Under the pieces are notes generated by a model. The model was not told the DNA's origin and did no database searches. It saw nothing but the letters and a program-made list of their open reading frames with translations. The position numbers were made by a program, and so were the translations under genes. Below are positions 51,201 to 64,000 of a stretch of 64,000 nucleotides of DNA, piece by piece; the stretch's first letter is position 1; each line of letters starts with the position of its first letter. Source of the stretch: Mizuhopecten yessoensis (lineage: Eukaryota); contig NW_018404981.1 of the NCBI RefSeq assembly GCF_002113885.1, positions 90,136-154,135 on the forward strand, given 5' to 3'.

Positions 51201-54200
51201 CTGTTAATGGTAACATGTTAACATATTATCCTGAGAGTAAAATAACATTTCGGCAAGGGGGATAACTCAATCGGTTATTGAAGCATACACTAGGTGGCTT
51301 TGGGTTATGGTGACCAAGGATTATGTGTGCTTACGGAAAAAACAATTGTTTCTTTCAACGTACTACTGTTGTTGCATGCAAAGCGTTTGTATACGACATA
51401 AAATCGTTTATTCACAAAGTAGAGAAGGATAAAGAGATAAATGTATAACAATTTGAATTCCAGTTTTTATCATGGATTTATAAGAAACATTTTGTAAAAG
51501 GGTAGCACGCACCTATCCGGCCAAACCTCACCCCGAAATCTTAGGTGTAAGATCTTTGGAAAAAAATCACAACAACCGATAAAAAAAAGCCTTTCCATCT
51601 CTTCTGTAACAACATGTACAGGTATAAACAACATTCAGTCCATCTTATTATACCCCAAGTCTACTAATACAACTATTTACAACTTTAGTCTGTTTTTTGG
51701 TATTATTGAGGTCTTTTTTTTTTGTATTACTGAAGTCTGTTTCTGATATTACTGATGGGTGTTTTTGGTACATCTTTTGTGTATTTAAAGTATAACGTTA
51801 GTCTGTTTTTTGGTATTATTTGAGTCTGTTTTTGGTATTACTTAATTCTGGTTTTGGTATTACATTAGTCTGTTTATGGTATAACATTAGTCTGTTTTTG
51901 GTATTACTTACCTCATATGATGCTTCTGTTTTGATCACTTCGAAGTTCAAGTACCGATAATATATTTCTACTTTAACTCCATTTTCACTGGAATAATAAA
52001 CAGATGTCGTTATATTTAAAACAACATTAAACATAAATGAAATTTTAATATAACTAGGATTGGAGTGTAAACAATAATTCATAGGGTTTTAAATAAATGA
52101 TTTTAGTTGAAAAAAAGTATTAAACGCAAAACAAAAGATGCATTAACCTAGGACTGGAGAACCGACAACGTCTGTCAGAGTTTGGAAATAACGCTACTTA
52201 CTTCATAAAACTCCTTTTTTCGGTTTCCGTCGAACTCGTCGTTATGGTAGAGAAGATTGTGCTGGAGGCAGATCGGAAGTCGTTGATGGCGGCGTCCTGT
52301 TGACGACAAATCGTGTTAAAAAGACTCGAAAGACAGAAGAAGAAATAAGAAATAAAAGGAAACATATCCAATTCGTAAACCTTTACAGAAAACGGAGATG
52401 GAAACAGATAATTCGGAAAGTGTCATCTGAATGAATACACAAGTGGCAACTAAACCAAACTTCGAACTTAGATAAAGTAGAGACCGCTCATGGTTTATAT
52501 GTAAATAATAAATTATTTCACACTGCATGGTAGTAAACAACGAAATCGTAAAACTATAGTTAAGATCACTATGATGTCTAAATAGGACGCTTCTATCCTG
52601 AAATTTTGGATACTTTGAACATGCCTCAATTGTGATAGGTATGAATACCTAAAGCAGGGGGACCTATTGTATCATAACTAATGTAATCAAAGTCAGCTTA
52701 ATGGAGACTTTTATTCTGAAAAAGGGTCATTGTCTATCATATATTCGCTTCCTCTGTTGTTTTCTTTTAATAAAGATGCCCTTCAAAGGACTCCGAAACT
52801 ATTTCATTATCTTCGCATACGCAATGATTTATAACTTGAATCATAACAGTCCAACTTCGCGATGACGTCGCGATGACGTTTTCAGAGACGTACTACAAGA
52901 AACGGACCAGAATCCTCGACAGCTGTGTGCAGTCGACATGTTCATTTCCATTAAGTCTCACGACATACAATGTACATGTATTTTGACCTTAGGTTCAACT
53001 AGATATTTGACTGATCTTGTTTTGAAAATAAACTTTATATATTTTTCAACAACTGAGAATCATTTCCAACTTATATCCAACACACTTCTGACCTGTTGGT
53101 GACACACAAGAGATTTTGGTGTGATAGGAAAGCGGAGCACCGAATGGCCCTATACCTTTTCACGTCCGATAAGAAAACCCCGACCTTATAAGTATAAAGA
53201 AGTGTTAGAACTGACCATGTATGCGGTGGACGGCCAGGCGGACATGGACACTTCCGTCATGAACTCTGTTTCACTGAAAACAAAGTTGAAAACTGAACAA
53301 TTGTTATTAGAATTATTAATGAATCGATACTAAAAAAACTGAACTTGCCCGATTATTGAACAGAAACAAATTGAATTTGGTTTTTATTTATTTTCAATTA
53401 AAAAACATGTTTTAACTCCCATCGCTCTCTCTGTTTTCTTTAACTATAAAAAAGTGTCGATAATATAAACGTTAAAGGTTAAAATAGGTATATACTTTAA
53501 ACAACTTAATTAAAAAAAAACAAGTCAATTACATTTACTTAAAACGCATGAAACTTCTGTAAACTGGTAAATAGAGGAGAATTTGTCATCTTACATTTAA
53601 TCAACAGCATAAGTCACGTTTAACGGTGTAAACAATGTTACTAGGCCGACAGATGCACGATGCAAGGTACAAGGTATACAATGGAGGACATACATGCGTT
53701 TTACTAACTGGCATTTATTGCCTTTACGGCTAGAGCAAGACTATGGTTAAGATCACAACCTTTGCCATTTTTAATCCTTTGATGTCCCCCAAGTAGGGGA
53801 GACAGAAAATAGTTCCCGATTCTGAAGAGGCCAGTTGATTACAGTATATATGATTTTGACCCGGACCCAAACAGGGCAATAGGCGTCTGTTCGATAAATT
53901 TCCACAATTGTTTTTGTTTTCAATAAAAACATGATATATGCCAGTGAGAAAACGCAATTAATTTGCATTTACAATATATACTTAAATCAAATGTCTTTAC
54001 AACCCATATACATAACGTACTCGCAAGGTGGAACGCAGGACGATGAACAGGGCAGATCACTCTTTTCATACTTTTCCAGTACATTGCTTTCACATATTGC
54101 TGTGCGAAAAAACATATAAAATATGTCAATGTATTGCAAAAGTTCGGTCGGAACATTACACAGGTAAAGTATAAGTTTCAGGGATATAACACGTTTCCGG

Positions 54201-57200
54201 TTCCCTGAGACAAGGTTTATTGACCGATGAGAAGCTAAGAAAAAACGGTCTGGCCAAGGAAAACCAGAAACTTGTTACTGTATAACATGAAATGTTCGTT
54301 GTGTATAAACATTCGTGGTTTTCGTTGTCGCTATTGAACCACGAAAATAAATACAACGAATTTGAAAGATATACTTGTCTACTGTTTTATATAGGATATC
54401 AACGAAACGATCTAAATGGCTTCAAACCACGAAGGAATGTATCCACGAACATTTCGTGTTATACAGTATATTCCTCAAGTGATTACTTTAAAATTTTGAA
54501 TAACTCGTTCACCAATTAAGTATAGCGTAACCCCGCTGTCAGATCATTATTCACCTAACCAAAGCGCTGGACGAGTACTTTCCAGTTACTATTTTTCGTT
54601 ACAGGCATTATCGTTTGTTGATCTAAACCGACCGTCATCTGGAGAGTCTGCACATATTTTGCATAATTGAGGTATTCATTAATGATATATTCAAACAAGA
54701 ATGCCTTGAAAAATAACATTTTCTGCCAAATGTGTATCAATATACTTGTAATTTTGGACAGCAATTTTATTTGTGCAAATCTATCGGTATAAATTATGTA
54801 AAACATCTTTGTAAAATAAGATTATCAGCACACAAATTATATATTCAATGTGGCAGGTATAATAATATCAAAAGAGGAAACATACTGTTTACATTATGTA
54901 ACAAGATTGAGATAGGAGATGCATTTCGTTTCATTTTGACATGTCCTTGCTATGCTGACATAAGATCTAAATTCATCAAAAGATCATATATAAATCGTAC
55001 TAGCATGTTTAAATTTATGCAACTGCTAAACAGTAATAGTTTATCAGAAATTAGAAATTTGGGTAAACATTTAGTGCATGCGATCAAGAAAAGGTCTCAA
55101 CTTCTTTAATTAGTGGTAAATGTTCAATCTCCACTAGTGTAATGTACAAATATAATATCTTGATATATATTATGTTTGCATGGTTATATATTGTATTGTA
55201 CTGTATATATGTTGTATTGTACTGTGTATATGTTGTATTGAACTGTATATATATTGTATTGTACTGTATATATTGTATTGTACTGTATATATATTGTATT
55301 GTACTGTATATATGTTGTTTTGTACTGTATATATGTTGTAACCGATAAGTCGAAAAAATTAAAGTAATAATAAACATGCAAACTTGCACATGAAAATGGC
55401 GCTTGGATTCTGTCGTACACGTGATGAAAATATGTGACTTTCTGAAAATGTACCTTCAATGTCAGTAAAAGGTGTAGCTTTGCATATATTCTTACATTTG
55501 ACATCTTCTCAACGTGTAACATATATAATGACAAACGACTGGAAAGGTCATGGCTGAGTCAAGTACACCACACATAACAGCTACGTGATCATGTTTGTCC
55601 TCTAGACGAATAACAGTAATATTTCTTTTGATATAATGTTGATAATTGTTAACATTTTGCTATTATGGTGGGGGTTTTTTTCCATCTTCGTTACTAAATT
55701 ATGATAGTCCAATGTCACCAAGCGAACAAACAACCTAGTTGTATTAAATAAAGGGAAGTGACTCCGACCAATTTGACATGTTTGCTGTTTTAATTGACTG
55801 AACAGGATTTTCGCGTTTTCATGACTAGACTACATTATTCCGTCTTTGCGTATTGCAGAGTTATCTTCTCTTGAGAAGACGTATTGATTGTTACTTCATT
55901 TGTTTGTGAGAGTAACGTCATCAATTATTGAGAAAACGACATAATTTTCTCACACAAACCAATACCAATAATACGCAAAGACGGAATTGGACTACCGACA
56001 ACTCATGTCAAATATTGAACAGAAAAAGCAATTACACTGTACGGAAGTTTTAAAATGAACATTATCAAGGATCTGGAAATTAAATGTATTATTCTGATTT
56101 TAATTAACAGCCCTTACCTTGTGTGTCGTTAGAATAGAGACACCAGCCGACCCCGTAAGGATACTCTGACAGTTCATCCGTGAGGGCAGCTCCTGAGCAG
56201 GGTAAATCCAGGCTACAGCATCCGCAGAACCTGATCAGGCTCTGCTGGAAACAAGTTTTCTGGCAGGCCTTCCACACAAAATCATATGTTTAAGAATGCA
56301 TATTAATAGTATTATTAATGTGATATGTCTACAAATTCGAATCATCAGCCATATAAATGCAAAGACGAAAATAAGCATCCGCAAAAATAATCCGACTCAA
56401 ATACCTTATTAAATTTTGTTAGGACATATCATTTAAAAATAACACCATACTACATATGAATCAATTTGTTACTCAAGTCCTGGGGTTTATAAAGATTGAA
56501 ATGGTAAGAGGTGGTTCAAGGAATATATGTACAAGCAAAGGAAGGTCATACAGGTAAGAAAAACTAAAAACGAAATACACTCGGTATATAGTCGTAACTA
56601 ATCAGGTAGACATGTTTTACAACAATCTAAGTCATTTGTGCGATTGATTCGAAGATGTTTACATGTACTGTTTTTTAAGGCGGGGTGACAACGTCACAAT
56701 GGCAAATAACAATGACGTCATAACCAAATCATGTGTCGTCTTATAGAGTAGATCATCCTCGATATCCAGGGGTTACGCTCACTTTCGCTCTCTACACCCC
56801 TGGAATATGTCATAGCAAAATTGAAGGCTCAGTGTGCGCCTCCTTGTTGATGAGACAAGGAGACTAAATCGATCCTTTGATATACATCAAAAGAATCTCG
56901 CGGTCACGTAACGGTAAAAATTGACAGTCTTTGAAGTCGGGCGTCTTTCCTTTGTCATCTTCAAAGGACAGGTATCAGCCTAGCGATTGGTCAGTTTGTT
57001 TTACCTGAGACCAATCAAACACCTTCACCTTGGGTGAAGCAGCCTCGATATCCAGGGGTTGTGATCTCTTTCGATCTCTACACCCCTGGAAAATGTCATA
57101 GCAAAATTGAAGGCACGAAGAAATTTGTTTGATTGGTCTCAGGTAAAACAAACTGAAGATCAACGTCATATGATGACATGTAAACATGTTACGCATATTC

Positions 57201-60200
57201 TATGCGTAAAAAGTGGTTAATCGTTGGTAGACCTCAGTTGATACTTTATAATGCATACCCTACGTCAAATATGCAAGTTAACTTTGGTTCAGCAAGAGAA
57301 GTTAAATTCAATGATATTTCTCTAGTCAAACATTTGATTAAACTTTGCTACTATTTAAGTATCACAGTTATTAAGATGTTTTCACATTCAATATATACTA
57401 CTTTTAACAGTTTTTTCATCTACCTCTCAACTGATGTCCATGTGAAATGTCTAGTAAAGGAAAAAGAATTATTTTATCCAGAGTGTTTAATAGTCCTATT
57501 CTGACTACGGCAACACTTAACGTAAGGGTATAATGCTACCTCAAAATCATTATACATCAGATCTGTTTAAGAGTATCTCTTAATTATCGCTACATTAATA
57601 CGTCCGAATGGCCGGGGTCTTTTCAATACATTTAATCTTAAAAACATGTGAAAATCAGTTCAAATTCAAATTCAAATCTGTTTTTAATTTTCCATATTAT
57701 TTTTTTTAAATGGAACTCTTTTAGAAAGAGTTTTTATGTATTTCCAGTAGATTACTTACCACGTAAGAATAATCTATACTAAGCTGGCCTTCTTCAGCCC
57801 AGGCGTTGTATAGGTAGTTTTCTGCCTTGGTATAGTCTTTGCATTCCCCGTGTGGTGCTTTAGCTCGAATAATTTCTGTCTGTAAAGTTTGTACAGTATA
57901 ATTGCTCATCCTATAGACCATTAACAACGCATTATCCGTCTCATTACATTCCACTGGAATAGCTGCTGTGGTACAATTAAACAATGACTTAGGTTCATTT
58001 GCAATTTTAGAATTATGTATGTGATATGTTTACGAATTTTGATCACCAAACATTTAAGTCGTTAAACAATGCAAAGATGAAAATAAACATTCGCAAAAAA
58101 ATACTAATTCGAATACAGCAGTATCCCTGTCACTCATAGCCCATATTATCAGATCGTACTTACAAGTTTTAGAGAAATTCCTGTCTTGAATCCAGGGGCG
58201 AGGTTTATACCGTTTTCCTCCGGGAAAGGCATACTAGTCTGGTTGTGTATCGTCAATTTGATCCCGGCGTCTGGAGAAAGGCTCCCGATATATTCGTCCT
58301 GCTCAAGGTAAAGCTCCAGTGCTAGACCTGTCAATGGGATGCACTATGTGACGTCAGTTACTATCTCTATTGTGTTATTTTGGTCGATGCATTCGGCACA
58401 TCTTATTTTCCAATCAAGAACTATTAAATCATACGTCTCTCGCCTCGACCATCACTGGAGAAACCAACAGATCGGTTATAAGTATATATATAAGGAACCA
58501 ATTCTAATTCACCTGTAGCCAAATATATTGATTGAATATTTATTTCAAAGTTAAGAACACACTTAATGTCATCACTGTGCGACTCTTACGTTTTATATGC
58601 ATCAAAACTAGATAATCTGTCATTTATAATCACTTTGAGGAGATATGTCAATGATGATGTTGTCATAGTTATTATATAATATCATGATTTGATTGTGATT
58701 GTACTGAGCTGATTGAATAAGATTTCCCAGTCCTATTGTCAGAATAAAATCTGTATATCTGTGCAATAACAACAGCCCAAATTCAGAACATTCTGAACGG
58801 ACGGAACGTAGCGCTACCATGTCCAGTCACCGACATTCCAGTAAGATAGCCCTTTAAAGTGACCATCGACCAATCATTTGTGGACACCGCCTTAATGTGA
58901 CATCAGCTATTTGACACAAAACTCTACGATACAAAATAGGACAAAGTGGTAGGCCATTGCCTTAGACACTTAAGTATAAGAGCCGCGGGAAGCGGGCAGA
59001 TCCAGCAACTATGAAGGTTTCAAGTACTGTAGTAATACCGCAGGAGGATACAGACCATACCGACCATTGGCACGCGGCATGACTCGTCTCCTATCAAAGC
59101 TATGAATAACTAAACGTTGAACTATATCTTCAAACTTAAAAAATCGTTAAGATTTAAGCCATCTGTAATTGTAACGTATGGTAATAAACATATGATTGAA
59201 ACGAATTTCATTCTGTATTTTTAGAAAAAATAACTTCATCTGAAAAAAAAAATCATTTTCACCATTTGTTTAACCATCAAACCAACAGTGCATGTCACAT
59301 TTTTTAAACAATGGTGATTAACAAGATTTTAAACCTAGATATTCAGGAACCAGAATTAAACAATATAAGCTTCGTCTGCATGAAAATGTTTACACTTCAA
59401 AACGTTCTGAGAAGATTTACGTAGACTATCTTTCGAGATAAAAACAAAAAACAAAAACAACAAAAAACAAAAAAAAGATGCACTATGAAGAATGTAATTT
59501 ACTAATTGTCACATCGAGGTCGAAGGAAATTAAAAATACTAACGTCTGCTGGAGGCTTTGCGAACGTTTAAAATCAAATCATCACTATATCTATTAATAT
59601 TTACCGTATACGGGTCCTGATTTCTCTGTTTCAGCGATAGTGGAATTGAAACCAGAATTGAACGTATAACAGTTCCCATACTTGTAGTGTATAAAGTGTG
59701 AGAAATTCCTAAAACCAACAAATCATCACAAATGTTAACAAAAGTCTTTTATATGTCACTTACGATCTTAAAGTTAATGCGACCAATTACAAACAAGAAC
59801 GCTTGCCAATTACTATCAGGAATATTGAAATAGCAATTCAATTGTCAATCAAGTCAGGATTGTTTAATAAACAATACAGTTGTCAATTACAATATGGAAT
59901 ATTAAGCAATATATCAAGTTTCCAGTTAATAAAAATCGTTTTTCTCGTAAGGTGGGTGTAGAGAGATGGTCATGAATGTCATTATTTATCAAGAAAAAAT
60001 CTGATTTTCTGCTAGTTTTCGATAAATAAAGTGATTGGAAAGATATTTAGTATTAAGCGTTATAGCTATTTGTCGGTACAACAAATTCAAATCGTACGTT
60101 CCAGAATTATGAAAAGAATCTCAGTTCTAATCTGTATTTCAACTAGACAAAAATAACATATATAGCTCTATTTAATTAATGCTTTCCATGACTTATAATG

Positions 60201-62629
60201 TATCCCTGTGTGTTTACAACCACATAAGATCGCACGACCCAGGTATGCTTACAACCAATCATAATAACACAAAATAGGATAGGTCTCATGTTCTTTGGTA
60301 TCTATATACATCAAAAATAAAATATTAATAAAGGTTAGGAAAGCATCAATCTTTCCCAAGAGTTGTCGTTTATTACACTCACGAACACCTCTGTCAATGG
60401 CTAAATGCCCAGAATCATGGTAAAGCCTTGCTAAAGCTAATGAGGTTTAATTTGTCGTTCCTAACTGTAAGTGAGTGCAAGGAACGACAACTCTTGGTAA
60501 GGATTGTGACATCATGTTTATCATTCTTTAAAATGTTATAACGGGAAGCCACTTTGAATTTATTTTAACAAATATGAAACTAACGAAGGTGAGCAAGATT
60601 TTCCTTTGAAGTTACACGACACCAGCATATCCTCAAGTTGATGTCCGGTAGCTGTTATTGTAGCATCATCAAGGGAGGCGAATTCGTATGCGAAATCGAA
60701 GCTAACGGAGGCTTCGCTGTCGTAACTATCGTAGAATGAACTGTTGTCATCGAACGTGTCCCATTCCCATACCTGTGGGGCCTCGGTCGTATCTGCGGCC
60801 TGCAATAATTATATATATATATACTAGAAATTAATCAAATAGTTAAATGACAGCGTATACACGTGTGCGGTAAGTATTCTTACATAGCTGTGTACCAATT
60901 ATATATCTTCAACATGTTTTTACCATTCAAATGGAAGCATCTTGAATGTGGTTTCTAGAATAGTGAAATCATGAAACTGTTGTTTGAGAGATACAAACAT
61001 GTACAATGAAACGTATATAGATACAAGATTATGTATGCTGCTTTGATGAAAACAAGGGGTGCAAATATTCGAAGCGTTTAGGCCCGCACTTCAACATGAA
61101 CACTAACATAATTAGCGCGCATCTACTTCCAAACTTGTATTGAATAGGAAGTGAATTGTTTTGCAATTGAAAAGGCAGTATTCAGTCTGCACTGTATGAA
61201 TCACGCGATGAATTCCCAAGATGGTTTCTGTCGATATATCCACTTCACCTGTCACGCAGATTGTTCTTTTCATACCCGCGTTGTACAATGAAACTGAATG
61301 TGACCAGAAATGTGAACATCATCCACTGTTAGATGTAATTTTCTTGTTGATTGTGTTTCAATTAAAGACAACTGAACGATTTCTGTTTCAAGTTGTTTGT
61401 ACTGGATGTCTGCAAACTGCGCATTCGTGTCATACCTATACTTGTATAGACTTGTATTTCTAAATCAAATATCAGTAATTAAGTACAAGAAATGATAAAC
61501 AGTTCATTATTACACTATTAAATGTTTATCATCTCAAAAAAAGGGTTGCCGTTCGATTTGGTTTGGTTTGGTTTGGTTTAGTATTGTTTAACGTCCTATC
61601 AACAGCTATGGTCATTTAAGGACGGCCTCCCGAAGTAAGAAATACTTTAAATATTGGGTGGCTACGGTAATGCTTATTTTTTTATTTATTTTTATTTTTC
61701 TTATTTTTGCTTATTACCTTTACGTGGTTTCAAAACTTTAATATATTGTACATCATCAGAATTATGTGACCGGTTAAGAGTCAAACTCCTGACAGTTTAG
61801 TTTGGTGACAATATAAATTGTCTGACCCATCATTAGCAGTTGTACAACATGACGAAATATATATAGTAGGTGTTTTTCATGTCGTCTGTTTTACTTGAAA
61901 ACTAATCCGTTCTTACTAAAATTCGCTAGATGTAAAATTCCATGATATCTTTATGCAACCCAGTGGCCGCAAATGTTCATTCTGAAATAAATTTACGAAA
62001 GGACGCAATTGTCTTTGGACTGCCCTCGTATCGTCTGCTTGATGAGAATGAACAATAACGTCAGTTGAACAAGAATTCAATTCCTACCTGTGTTCCCTTT
62101 GAAAAATCTGATTGGGCCACGCGGTAACATTGACACGGAGCAGCATGAAACAAAATGTGCCTTGTTAATTTGTTTTGTAATGTTTGAAAACTATTCTGTT
62201 TGATTGTCAGTCAGCATGGTGTTCCTAAACTAAAAGGACGTGAAGCATCAGTGTGATATAATACAACATCGTAAAAGGAATATGTCTTATTACTGTCGCC
62301 TGTTTTCTGGAAACATCAAAATCTTGAGAGGTTTCTCATCAACTACAAGGAAGACACGAGTACATCAATAGTTTCATGTCCTCCTGTTATCTTAGCCGTT
62401 CTTAAAACAGGACAGAAAGAACAACCAAAGAAATCAGAGCCACCTACCGCTATCAGGTTCCTTATGTCCGTGCTAGTACTGGAAAGCAGGCTTTTCCGTA
62501 TGGGGTTACTGTTACATATTGTTACTGCCGGGAACAGCATACTTCCGTTAGAGTTAAGAACGAGGTTGGTGGAGGTCGGGTAAGTGTAGAACTTCTTGAT
62601 TAATTCTGTCAACTGCCAAACTGTCATAC
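50961..62629 (-). CDS. DEG/ENaC family amiloride-sensitive sodium channel subunit (ASIC/FaNaC-like); 5'-partial, 11 exons, about 493 aa visible
   Basis: Exons 62448-62629, 60585-60799, 59605-59708, 58164-58327, 57760-57879, 56118-56268, 54021-54099, 53216-53273, 52202-52296, 51912-51987 and 50961-51200 splice in frame. Hallmarks: FPAVTICNSNP, GHQLEDMLVSCNFKG, YGNCYTFN, GL.L.L..EQ.EY, GI.L.PG, Cys-rich thumb, WPS, TM2 LLSDIGGQLGLWIGLS. Confidence 0.93.
51912..51987 (-). CDS. DEG/ENaC exon
   Basis: ENGVKVEIYYRYLNFEVIKTEASYE. Confidence 0.9.
52202..52296 (-). CDS. DEG/ENaC exon (knuckle)
   Basis: DAAINDFRSASSTIFSTITTSSTETEKRSFM; caacag/gtaag, phases fit. Confidence 0.8.
53216..53273 (-). CDS. 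DEG/ENaC exon
   Basis: ETEFMTEVSMSAWPSTAYM. Confidence 0.88.
54021..54099 (-). CDS. DEG/ENaC exon (thumb)
   Basis: ICESNVLEKYEKSDLPCSSSCVPPC. Confidence 0.88.
54278..54466. mobile_element. MITE family B (TA-flanked, Tc1/mariner-type non-autonomous)
   Basis: ta|ctgtataacatgaaatgttcgt ... acgaacatttcgtgttatacag|ta; related copies at about 29905-30115 and 11969-12190. Confidence 0.7.
54630..55340 (+). mobile_element. 5'-truncated non-LTR retrotransposon 3' end with (TGTAT)-rich tail
   Basis: ORF 54732-55109 LCKIRLSAHKL.I..GRY...C...EIGD..FIL.CP.Y.DIR matches the C-terminal Cys/His region that follows RT in invertebrate LINEs; a microsatellite follows. Confidence 0.7.
55185..55340. repeat. AT-rich micro/minisatellite (tattgtactgtatata)
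   Basis: Visible tandem iteration. Confidence 0.85.
56118..56268 (-). CDS. DEG/ENaC exon (Cys-rich thumb)
   Basis: ACQKTCFQQSLIRFCGCC...GWCLYSNDTQ. Confidence 0.9.
56765..57115. mobile_element. MITE family A copy, rearranged with a duplicated left end
   Basis: gatatccaggggtt...cacccctggaa..tgtcatagcaaaattgaagg occurs at about 56761 and again at about 57047. Confidence 0.6.
57760..57879 (-). CDS. DEG/ENaC exon
   Basis: TEIIRAKAPHGEC...IDYSYV. Confidence 0.88.
58164..58327 (-). CDS. DEG/ENaC exon
   Basis: GLALELYLEQDEYIGSLSPDAGIKLTIHNQTSMPFPEENGINLAPGFKTGISL. Confidence 0.92.
59605..59708 (-). CDS. DEG/ENaC exon (YGNCYTFN signature)
   Basis: NFSHFIHYKYGNCYTFNSGFNSTIAETEKSGPVY; this frame is missing from the supplied ORF track. 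Confidence 0.92.
60585..60799 (-). CDS. DEG/ENaC exon (finger, GHQLEDML)
   Basis: ...ATGHQLEDMLVSCNFKGKSCSP; the acceptor could alternatively be at 60772. Confidence 0.88.
62448..62629 (-). CDS. DEG/ENaC exon (TM1 end, FPAVTICN)
   Basis: MTVWQLTELIKKFYTYPTSTNL...FPAVTICNSNPIRKS. Confidence 0.9.
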
Positions 62630-64000
62630 CTGTAATTTGTAATTTCAAAAAGTGTACATAATGAATATATTATATATTGGCCTTTATGGTCCCTAATTCC
62701 ATCAAGTTATTTTTAATACTATCCTGAGAAATGTGGTTTCTATAGTTAGCAGTTGAAATTTGTAAAAATTAACTAAACTGGAATATTCAGTCAATTTGTT
62801 TTCATGCTTTTTTATTATTGCATCAGAATCGTATCTGCCACTGTTTCCTTTGTAATATTCGTAATTTAAATTGATGACTTTTATAAAGGATCTTATCATT
62901 TTAAATTTCAAAGTTTCTTATCATTTTAAATTTCAAAGTTTTACCGTACCATACGTTGATACGGTAAAACCACACATACATACAATATCAAAATGGTCTT
63001 AACGTGTTTTAAATCGTTTATTAAGATAAAAGGTACCTCTGCACCAGTTACGTGTATATCTGCGAGGAATAGTTCACTCAGAGTTTCTTAGTGGAGTACT
63101 CTCCCCTTTTTAAAGAGGAAGATGAATCAGCCTTAGAGTAACTTCCCCTTTTATTTTCTATGTGACACTCATAATTTGTAAGTTGATGATTCAAACTTCT
63201 TGTTAAATTGGTAATGTTAAGATCCAGAGATCGACCTTTTTTTCATTTGCAAAGTATTATTTTGTTAACCATAGCAATGATAAAAATATAGTTTACCTGT
63301 AGGTACTCTTTACCTTCATGCTTACTATACGACATATCAGGTAATGCTGTTTTGTGAGGAGTATGTGGCTTTACTACCTTATACAAAATTAGCTAAGGAG
63401 ACATAATTAGACACATGAAGACCTGTTCACTTCACAGACGTCATGTAATATTAAAAGCGAAAATATAACAGTACATATAAGCGTAAAAAGAAATGTCGGC
63501 AGAAACCTAATATTTTAATTACCTGTCATGATAATAACTGTAATTACACAGGTTGTCAGTCACTCTTGTTATACATCAGTTTTCTCCACATGCCGAGTCA
63601 GAAAATGACACAAATAAGTGGCAGTGTTCAGGCATTGTCGACAACTTTAGATTGCACTCGTCAAATCTCGGCAGATTTCGTGAGGAAGGGTACCGGAATC
63701 AGTCGAGGTTAGCCGAAAACTTTCGATTGATCAATCAATCCTGACTAAACTAGCGGTGTGTCCGAACAACAGGAAAACTACACGAAACCAGCGTGTTTCT
63801 TACACTTGCGAGTTGTAGCGCACAATATCGAAATGTTGGGTGTACACGTCTTTTTTCCATAATGTTATCAAGTACACTTTAAATGTTACGTCTTTCGGAA
63901 GCAAGCTTTTATCTAATTATCACGATTTCTGCGAAAGATGTCGAATTATAACGATTAATCATTGGTGGGTTGATTTAATTTGGAATTATGCTGTTCCCCA

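Noticed and set aside
5216-58356. Frequent TGACGTCA (CRE-like) motifs
   Set aside because: Mostly embedded in dispersed repeat fragments; a regulatory role cannot be supported from sequence alone.
61248-61409. Possible extra channel exon
   Set aside because: The flanking exons 62448 and 60799 join in phase without it, and it has no DEG/ENaC motif.

Overview
AT-rich eukaryotic genomic DNA. The repeat families look like those of a bivalve mollusc, which is an inference. There are two N gaps. Two spliced genes lie on the minus strand, both reconstructed by hand from GT/AG sites with consistent intron phases. (1) 42986->6209: a 25-exon, about 1689-aa secreted protein with an unusual architecture. 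It has a signal peptide, an Arg/His/Tyr-rich disordered region, a laminin-alpha-type coiled coil interrupted by a single-exon Thr/Pro mucin-like and Ser-Gly proteoglycan-like insert, and only three laminin-G domains. It lacks the LN/LE/L4 short arm and LG4-5. (2) 62629->50961: the last 11 exons of a DEG/ENaC (ASIC/FaNaC-family) channel subunit whose 5' end lies beyond the window. Introns and intergenic DNA hold a decayed Tc1/mariner element, a TTAA-flanked foldback element, several MITE families and short hairpins, a non-LTR retroelement 3' remnant, a Helentron/HINE-like element and several minisatellites. One minisatellite has amplified a splice donor.
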